The position numbers and the translations under genes are program-made. Below are positions 54,501 to 64,000 of a stretch of 64,000 nucleotides of DNA, in pieces. A model generated the notes under the pieces. It ran no database searches. It worked only from the letters and a program-made list of their open reading frames with translations, and was not told the origin of the DNA. Source of the stretch: Piromyces finnis finn (Eukaryota > Fungi > Neocallimastigomycota); contig MCFH01000034.1 of the NCBI GenBank assembly GCA_002104945.1, positions 248,001-312,000 on the forward strand, written 5' to 3'. Position 1 is the first letter of the stretch. Every line of letters begins with the position of its first letter.

Positions 54501-55000
54501 AAAGAATCTATATTATTATTATATATAAAAATATTAAATTATTATAATACACATTATTATTATTATTATTATTATTATAATATAACTATAGTTAAAAATG
54601 TCAGATATATATTTAATTATTTTATATTTATACCATTATTTTTTATCAAAGCTTCGTCCAAACCTTGAGTAAGCTTATTTTCATTACTTTGATTATTATT
54701 GTTAAATGCCTTTTTAGATATATTAACATTTTCATTTAAACTACTTATAGAATCTCCTTCAGAAACTATATTAGCATTTTTATTGGAATTAGGAAAGCTT
54801 GAAATATTTTTCTTTATTCTTATTTTTACAATATTAGGACCATTGAAAATTTTTTTGTTAGTTAGAGCCTCATCAATATTATTTTGAGTTGATATCATTT
54901 TTGAAATATTAGAAGATATATCATTTATACTCCTTTCCATTGTTTTATTAATCTTATTTGTTAACATTTTTCTTTTTTGATTTTGTTGTTTAATTTTCAT
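51554..55000 (-). CDS. PHD-finger chromatin protein with an AT-hook-like motif, possibly Rco1/PHF12-like; multi-exon
   Basis: Spliced CLICQETIEEE|DKKCYCEYCKSYYHQKC...WICPNH (C4HC2H PHD, ~53480-53080), KRRGRKPK (~53975-53955) and VRFKATEEQIKLDFIK (~52460-52415). Start and last exon are approximate. Confidence 0.7.
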
Positions 55001-57445
55001 ATTTTTTTTTTTTTTATTTTTTATATTTATATACACATAAATTGTATACAATAAAATATTTCATATATTTAAAAGATTTTAGATATTGAAAATATTTTAT
55101 AACAAAACAGTTTTTGTATATATATATATATATATATAAGTTTTTATATATATTATAATATTTAATTTTTATAATATCTCATAACTTCATAATGTGAAAT
55201 TTTTATAATAATTTATAAATATTAGATAATATTTAACTCTTATTATATATTTCTTATTATTTAAAAAATTCTATAATTATAATAATGCATTAATAATACA
55301 TTATATAATAAATATAATATAAGAAATTATAAAAAAATTATAAATTAATTTATACGAATTATATATATAATAAGATCTTATTTATTTATTTATTTATACA
55401 AAAATCATATTTAATAAAAATTCTACTATGAATTAATAAGAATATTTAATTTTATTATTTATATTTATATATGGATTTATTTATAAATAAATAAACAAAT
55501 AAATAAAATAATAATAAAAAAAGTAATTACCTATTAATTATTCTTTTATACTTTTTATTTAATATTTATTATGGCTCAAGTCTTTAACTTATATATATAT
55601 ATCTATATTTAAAGTTATTTATAAATATATTCTTATATTTCTTTTATTATCATTATTTGAAAGAGTAAATTCTGAGTCTATTATCATGTATATTTTAACA
55701 TTATTATTTAAGGATAGTAGGTAATGATATGAGTAATATATATATAAGTAAATAAAAATAAATATATAAAAATAAAAATATTAATTAGTAAATTAGTTAT
55801 TTAAAACTATTTTTGAAAATAAAGAAAAAACATTTTATATAATTCTTTCTTTATTTTTATTCGCTTTTGATTTAATTATTATTTTATTTTAAGATTATAT
55901 GTGTTTAGAAATTCAAAGCAATATAAATTTATCTGTTGCTATACTTTCAACTGTTCATATTATCCAACTTTATATAAATTAAATACTATGATTGATTTTC
56001 ATATTATAAACTAATATTCTTTTTTTTATATTTATTGCATATATATTTAAAGCAACAATGATATTCCTTTAATTATTTCTTTCCTTTCAGTACAAGTTTA
56101 TATTTTAAGTATAATTATAATAAAGTGTGTGTAATGTTTTATAATAAATTACCTATATTGATAATAAAATAAAAATATTAAATAAATATGTTTTCAATAT
56201 ATTTTGAAAACAATTCATTAATATTAGAAAAACATTATTTTTTTTTAAATTAATTTATATTTACTATATTAAATATATTTATATAATTTCTAATTACCTT
56301 AATTCTTTTCTTATTTTATGTCAAAAGAAATAAAAAATTTTTATAGGTATTTTTTTTTTAATTGCAGATGATATTAATTTTAATAAATCATAAAAAAAAA
56401 ATTTTTTTTTCATATTAATCCTATTTAACTATATTTAATATAAAAATGTAGTAAAATAAATGTATTATAATTTTTTCTATGTTATAATATGTACTTTTTT
56501 TTTTCTTTTTAAAAAATTATAATTAAAAAGTATTATAATTATAATTTTTATTTTATTCAGTGAATACTTTTGTTTCTTTCAATATTAAGTATTATATTTC
56601 ATTTCTATTTATATTAATTATTAAGATTGTATGTATATTCCACCAATATGAAATTCAAATACCAATAAAATTACATGATTAATTTTCTAGTCTATTGAGT
56701 ATTATTTTTAATATTTATCAATACAATTTTAAACATGAAAGTTTGATAATTCATTATTTACAAAAAAAAAAAAAAAGAAAAAAAAAAAAAAAAGAAATTT
56801 GTATTTTATTCATTTATATTGCTTTTTTTTCTTATTAAACTAATTGATTAATCTAAATATCATCTTAAAAATAGGTTTACTTCATACAAGAGAATATTTT
56901 TTAATATCTTTTTATTATTAGTTTTTTTTCATTAATATTTTTTAATCATTTTAGTTATAAATAATTCAAACCATTAATGTTGCTAATTGAAGAAGATAAA
57001 AAAAAAGTACAATTTAGTTGTTAATATAATATAACAAGGTAAATTATTATTTTTTAACCATTATTATAATTGATGATAATAATATAATAATAATTATAAC
57101 GTTTTTTTTTTTTTTTTTCTTTTTTTTTCTTTTTTCGAATTTATTTTTATGTATTTTTTTTTTAATTTTATTTTTTTATTTTATTTTTGTTTTATTTTTA
57201 TTTTTATTTTTTTTTATTATTTTTATTTCTTTTATTTTATAATATTATAGAGGTTAAATGTTAAGTGTGTTGATTGTTATTATTCTTTAATTATATATTT
57301 TAAAAATCATTATTAATATTGCATTTTTATTTATTATTATTATTTTAAATTTTTAAAATTGTTTATAAGTTATTTTATACAGTATTAAAATTTAACAATA
57401 ATAAATTACATAATGGTGTAACTATGTTCTTATTAGTTAGGCATT

Positions 57446-59334
57446 TTAAATTTTATTACTGTAATCTAACTTAGTTTCCAACTTCTTAACATCAGCTACT
57501 TTTCGTACTGCCTTCATAAAGTCATCTTGAATTACGTAATCACGTTCATCACGAATGGCAAACATACCTTAATTTTATGATAATTGATATTATTATTGTT
57601 AATTTTTGTACTCTATTTTTATTATGATTTTTTTATAAAAAAAAATATATTTACCAGCTTCAGTACAGACGTTTCTTAAATCAGCACCATTAAATCCATC
57701 AGCGAGTTTTACAATAGCTTCATAATCTAAAATATTTATTATTCATTAATATTATTATCCTTCCAATATATATTAATAATAACTAATATTTACCTATTTC
57801 ACCATGTTTAGTAATTTTGGCTGAGTGAATCTTTAAAATTTCCATACAACCTTGTTCATTTGGAAGTGGAATTTCAATTTTTCTGTCAAGTCTACCAGGT
57901 CTAAGTAAAGCAGGATCAAGGGTATCTGGTCTGTTAGTAGCCATAATTAACTTAGTTTGTCCAAGGTAATCAAAACCATCCATTTGATTTAAGAGCTTTT
58001 AAATATTATAATTAAATATTATATTAAATATAAATTATAATATTAATAATTATAAAATAAAATATACGTTGTATACTGATATATTAATTTATTTTACAAA
58101 CCTCCATTAATGTTCTTTGAATTTCACGATCAGCTGAAGTACCTTCTGAAAAACGTCTACCACCAATGGCATCAATTTCATCCATAAAAATAATACATGG
58201 TTCATGTTCCTTGGCGTATCCAAACATTTCTCTTACAAGTCTAGCACTTTCACCAATATATTTATCAACAATAGCACTAGATACAACCTTAAGGAAGTTA
58301 CAATCTAAAGTGCTAGCGACAGCTCTAGCTAAAAGAGTTTTACCAGTACCTGGTGGACCATAAAGAAGAACACCCTTTGGTGGTTTAATACCAACACGTA
58401 AGAATAATTCTGGATTTAATAATGGTAATTCAATAACCTTTAATTAAATAAAAACATTATATATTTATATATAAGTTTACATGGTAATATTTTATAATTA
58501 ACAATACTAATTTATGATAATTATAAATCCTACTTCTCTTAATTCACGAATTTGTTCACTTAAACCACCAATACCGGCAAATGAAATATCACCTGGATCT
58601 TCAATAGACATGTTGTAAACTAATGGATCAACTTCTCTTGGTAATACTCTCATAATAGTTAATGTAGTCATATCTAATGATACACGAGTACCTTGCTTTA
58701 GCTTTTCTTTTGGAACCTTATTTCTGCATCCAACAACGTAACGTGGACCACTTGAAGCTTTAACAATGACTATATTAAAAACAATTAATATATTTTGTTA
58801 ATATTTAATATTTTTTTATAGTAAAATATAAAAAAGAATGCTATTAATTTATAATAAATACATTTGTCATCGGATAATTGCTTTAAAACTTCACCAATAA
58901 TTTGACCAACACTTTGTAAAGCTTTAATATCTTCCTCTGATTTGTCATAATCTTTTTCTAATTTACGAAGTCCAAGGCGAACTATAGAAAAATTTTTATT
59001 TTTTTAAATAAAATGTAAATTTTGAAATTTTAAATTTTAATGTTAATATATCTAAAAGTTATGTATTTAATGTGCTATATAAATTATAAAATAATTATAA
59101 AATCAAATAATTTGATCTATATAAACTTTTTTCATTTTTATATTTTATATATAATGAATTAAAGAATTTCAAATTAAATTTTGATCTTTTCTATTTCTTT
59201 TTGTTATTATGCTTATATTAACCTTCTTTTAATTTTTCTTCTAATTCCCTGTGTTCTAATAATTTCTTTCTGTATTCAGCAAGAGCTTTTGATCTTCTGT
59301 CTTCTGCTGGTGCTGCAGTTGAGGTAGATTCCAT
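57446..59334 (-). CDS. RPT4: 26S proteasome AAA-ATPase subunit Rpt4 (PSMC6/SUG2); multi-exon
   Basis: [31 protein letters not shown], Walker A GPPGTGKT, Walker [75 protein letters not shown]. Confidence 0.96.
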
Positions 59335-60504
59335 ATTTGATATTATTTATACTTTAATTATATTTTTTCAAATATATGATAAATTTATATTTTAATTATA
59401 ATTATAATAATAATAATAATAATAATAGTAATTGAAAAAAAAAGTATTATTAGTATTTATATTTATTTATTTTTTATATAATTTCATTTGATGTACAATA
59501 AATTTCTATAATTTTTTTTAGTTATATACTATTTTTTAAAAATGTTAATGATATTCTTATTTTTTTTAAAGATATTATGAAATAAAAGTATTTATTTCTT
59601 TATTTATTGATATTCTTTAATTTTGTATATTTATTGCCTTGTAATTTTTAATAATATATCAATATCAATACTATAATAATCAATATTAAATTTTAATTAA
59701 TAATATCTTTTAAATATATTGTTATATTGTTATATTTATAATTGAATAGTTTATTCCAACAAAATAATTAAATACAAATAAATGTTACTTTTCTGAAAAA
59801 ATATCCTTATTGTTTTAACCGTTTATTATGATATATATAATTATTATTTTTATTGTTTTAATAAAAATAATTGGAGTAATTTAAATTGTTATAAATATTT
59901 TGTTTTAACAAATTCTTTTTAATAATTTAATAAATATATATCATTCCAGTACTTTCATATATATATATTTATTATTATTATCATTATTTTATTTTATCTT
60001 ATTTTATTATATTTAGTATTAATTCTTTTTAAAATTCCAATGTTTGATGGATTATTTAACTAATCTTCATTTGTTATACTTTTGTATTGATTATTAATTA
60101 TTGATTTTTAATATATATTTTAGGAAATTTGATATAAAAAAATATTACTTTTTAAAAAAGAATTATATTTTATAAAAACTTTTATAAATAAACTTCAAAC
60201 AATTTCTTTTTAAAGTTATTTAATTTCTTTTGAGATTTTATTTCTTATTTAATTTTAATACTTTTTATTTTTTTTATTATTAAAAAAATAAAAAATATAT
60301 AGAATTTGAATAATATTTTTTTTTTTTTTAAAAAATATAATTTTAAATTAAATATTATAGTTAAAATGTAAATTACATTTTATAATTTTAATTAAAAAAA
60401 TATAAACATATATTTAATAATTGTGAAAAATTAATAATAAAAAAATAATATATATATTAGTTTTAATTAAAATAAATAAGATATTTTTAAAATTTTATTA
60501 TTAA

Positions 60505-60620
<116 letters not shown>

Positions 60621-60943
60621 TTCTAGGTACAATTAAGCATTATTATTACTAAAATATTTTCATGCTTATTACTACTACTACTTACAATAGTACCACTGAA
60701 CTCATGTTCATTATATATTATGATTTATTACTATATTTATTAATAATTTTTTTTACTAAATTATAAAATAACAAATATAAAATACAAACAATCCATTATT
60801 TATTTATTAATAAATGGTTTTTTTTAATACTGTGTTATATATTTAAAAACAAAACCTATTTTTATACTATATTAAATAAAAATAATTTATTATTCTATTT
60901 AAAAAAAATCAATATATATTAAATAAAATATAAATTTTTATAT

Positions 60944-63502
60944 TCAATATTTTCCTAAGATTTTTGGTCCAAGATTATGCAAAAGAGTAAATCCTCCTTT
61001 TTTCCTGAATTCATTTTGTATTTTTTCTATATATATTATAAAAGAATGTGTGAAAAAAATGCCAGCATTATAATTTAACTATAGATTTAAATTAATATTT
61101 AAAGTACTTTATTTTAACTATACAAACCTGATTTTATTAGTCTTGAACAAGCAATTGCTAAATTTGTTTGTGCTTGAATATTCGATAACTCTCTAAGGAA
61201 ATATAAGATATCATCAATAATATGATATTTTTCTAATTTTTTACACTCATTTACTAAAAGAAGAGAAAAAAATATTATCATATATTATTTTAAATATTAA
61301 TACTTATATTATGACTTAAGATAATATTATGCTAATGATATTTTATTTACCATATTCTGCACATTCACTAATACATAATGCTGTATTACCAATGACTTTA
61401 GAAAAAGATTCTTTATTATATTGAACAGAGTTTGAAATAAGTTTTTCTTTTAAAGTATTGATATTTTTTTCATCAATATCATTTTTAATTTCATAGATTT
61501 TTGAAACAGTATCATTTCTTATCTGACTATTGTATTTCCAAAGAGTTTTAATGTTTATGAATATAAATTTAAATATTGTATATCCATTATATTTTGTATC
61601 CCAATCTTCAATAATATCATTATAATTGTTTTTGACAGAATCTGTATTTTGTTCATTTTTATTTTTTTTTAAACATATAAAAAGAAGTTGTAAAAAAGTA
61701 TCAATGTAGTGGATATTATTTAAGAAATACAATAAATTAGTATATTTTATACTATAATTGTCATTTATATCCATATCCATAATTTTATCATTGATCATTA
61801 ATGAGGGTTTCATTATATTAGAAAATAAAGCTTTAAAGAATATTGATAATTTATTATCCCAGTTTTTCTTTAATTGATTTTCGACATAACCAGGTAATAT
61901 ACGGTATAATTTGATAAGTATAAGGTTTATCGTATCATACAATTGTAAATTGAAATCTGATGTGCTTTCATTTTCGCTTTTACTTAAATCATCAATTAAA
62001 TGATCTAATACTTTGTGTTCATTAAGTTGGTTTACAGTGATTGATTTTTTATAGTTTGCTGTTAATAACAAGTAGTTATGTAAACAAGGTAATAATGTGT
62101 TTATATTATAATGAAAACTATAATTTTGATTTTTATTATTTTCATTATGCATTTCACTAAATGAATAAAATAGTGTATATCTAATGTTTTCCAAAAACTG
62201 TGAATATTGTAATTCTTCATAGGTAAAAACATTTATCTTTTCTTTTGAATTTTGAATGGAATTCCTTTTGACTTCTGATAATTTTTTTGTTTGCTTAAGC
62301 TGGTAATTGAAAATATTAAGTAAGCTTTCAATGATTACATTGTTGTAGTATTTTTTAATTTTTAATTTTTCATTATTTGAATTATGCTTTTCAATCCAAT
62401 GATGATATATACTTTCCGAGTAAAGTTCTTGTATGAGACTTAATTTGATTCCTATTCTTTCCAATAAAAAGTTCCCATCAATTTTATTTTCATTATGAAG
62501 AATATGATGTAACCAGTCAATTATATATTTAGTACAATTTTGGTATAGTTTATGTAGTTTAATATTTTTATTTTTTATGGAATTTGAAACTATAAAATTT
62601 ATAAAAAATATTAAAAAAAATAAGTATTAATATGTATATATTATTCTTAAATATCAATAATATTTTTTATTATTACTTTCTACTTTATCACAATTTTGTT
62701 CTTGTTTTAACTCTTTACTGTTTTTAATATTTTCAATGGATTTTTTAATGTAAAATTGAAGAAAAACATTTAAATATGGTAATGAAGATGGGTTAAGTAT
62801 GTTGTAGACAGCCTTTTCAAAAAATACCTTATTTTCAAAACCAATTGAAAGCAAGTGCATAAAACTACAAAAATGTGAATATTTTAATGAAGAGGGTATT
62901 TTTTTTATAGTAGTATTATCTTTACTATTTAAATTGTCGCATTTTTTAAACTCATCAACAATAACAGTAATTATTAAATGAATATATTTTGATATCTCAT
63001 TTAAATTTTTTTCTGAGTTAAAGCAAGCTTCAACAAAAATAGAGACAATGTTATTAAATGTTTCGATACACAATACTGAATCGTCTGAAAACCTTTTAAA
63101 TGAATCTGTCGCTCTAAATATATCTGCCATTTCAGGATAAATTCTAAAGGAATTTATTAAAGTTAATATTGCTATTTTACAGTTCTTACTTTCAGCAGAA
63201 ATATCTTTATTGTTTTCTACATTTTTGTTAGTTTTAAGTAATTTAGAATATTTTATAGTCTTTAAAGTACGATTTATCCAAAAGTCTATGGAAATATCAT
63301 TAGAGTTATTATTTACATCACTTATTTCATCTAATATTTTTTTATCTTCTTTATATTGCTTAAATTCATTTTCATACATTTCAATTCTTTCCTCAATACT
63401 TTTAATTGAAATTAAACTTTCTTTTTTCGCTCTATATTTGTAAATTATTGAATAATAATATTAAATAAGGATAAAAAATTGATTAAATAAAGTTATTATA
63501 TT

Positions 63503-63539
<37 letters not shown>

Positions 63540-64000
63540 GTTTATTTTTAATGTGTTATATATTATAATAAAAACATACTTATTATTTTTATTATTTCCT
63601 TCATTTTCAATCAAATTTTTCAATTTATATAAATCTTTTAATGCCATATTATAATCTTTAAGTTCTTGGTAAGCAGTTGATCTTCTCCATAAGGCTTTTT
63701 CACTATCTGGCTGTAAATTTAAAGCGTCAGTACAGTCATCAATAGCTTCCTTATACATTTTTAATCTTAAATAACACAATGCTCTATTGTTATATAAAGA
63801 AAAATCTACCGGAAGAGCGTAATATGAAGATTTATATGGCATAAAATTAAATTCTTTTGTTCCAAATACTAATTCTTGACTTGGTGATTTAGATATATTA
63901 ATAGCAATTGTATATTCACTGATAGCATCATCAAATTTATACTTTTTATAATAGATATTTCCCTTTTCTCTGTGAGATTCAATTTCATTTAACACTCTTT
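60944..64000 (-). CDS. TTC12: TPR plus armadillo-like protein, TTC12-like (axonemal dynein assembly factor); 5' end off-window
   Basis: Three TPRs (REKGNIYYKKYKFDDAISEYTIAI, LYNNRALCYLRLKMYKEAIDDCTDAL, KALWRRSTAYQELKDY). The C-terminal exons give VIGNTALCISEC...QTNLAIACSRL...EFRKKGGFTLLHNL, matching my recollection of the TTC12 C-terminus (GNAALCLGNC...NAGIALGKL...LRKLHGLEIL). Stop at 60946-60944. Confidence 0.7.

Overview
Very AT-rich, intron-containing eukaryotic DNA with long homopolymer and microsatellite tracts and Asn-rich proteins. It is most consistent with an anaerobic gut fungus (Neocallimastigomycota); that assignment is an inference from composition and gene content. I can support 12 protein-coding genes: a Yox1-like homeobox factor (3' end off-window), an uncharacterised repeat protein, a YKE4/ZIP7-type zinc transporter, an F-box/ankyrin protein, NADP-glutamate dehydrogenase, a group III G-alpha, AP-3 mu, a Ral GTPase, RRM-cyclophilin E, a PHD-finger protein, proteasome Rpt4 and a TTC12-like TPR/ARM protein (5' end off-window). 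The most notable non-genic signals are: (i) a ~550 bp tRNA-headed, poly(A)-tailed insertion with an exact 12-bp target-site duplication (candidate SINE) that carries an intron-like segment; (ii) two perfect long hairpins, 18 bp just downstream of the zinc transporter stop and 25 bp in a gene-free region; (iii) an unexplained GC-rich structured island with strong splice signals near 39.6-40.2 kb; (iv) paired substitutions in the metal-binding motifs of the ZIP transporter. Exon boundaries were read by hand and may be off by a few bases.
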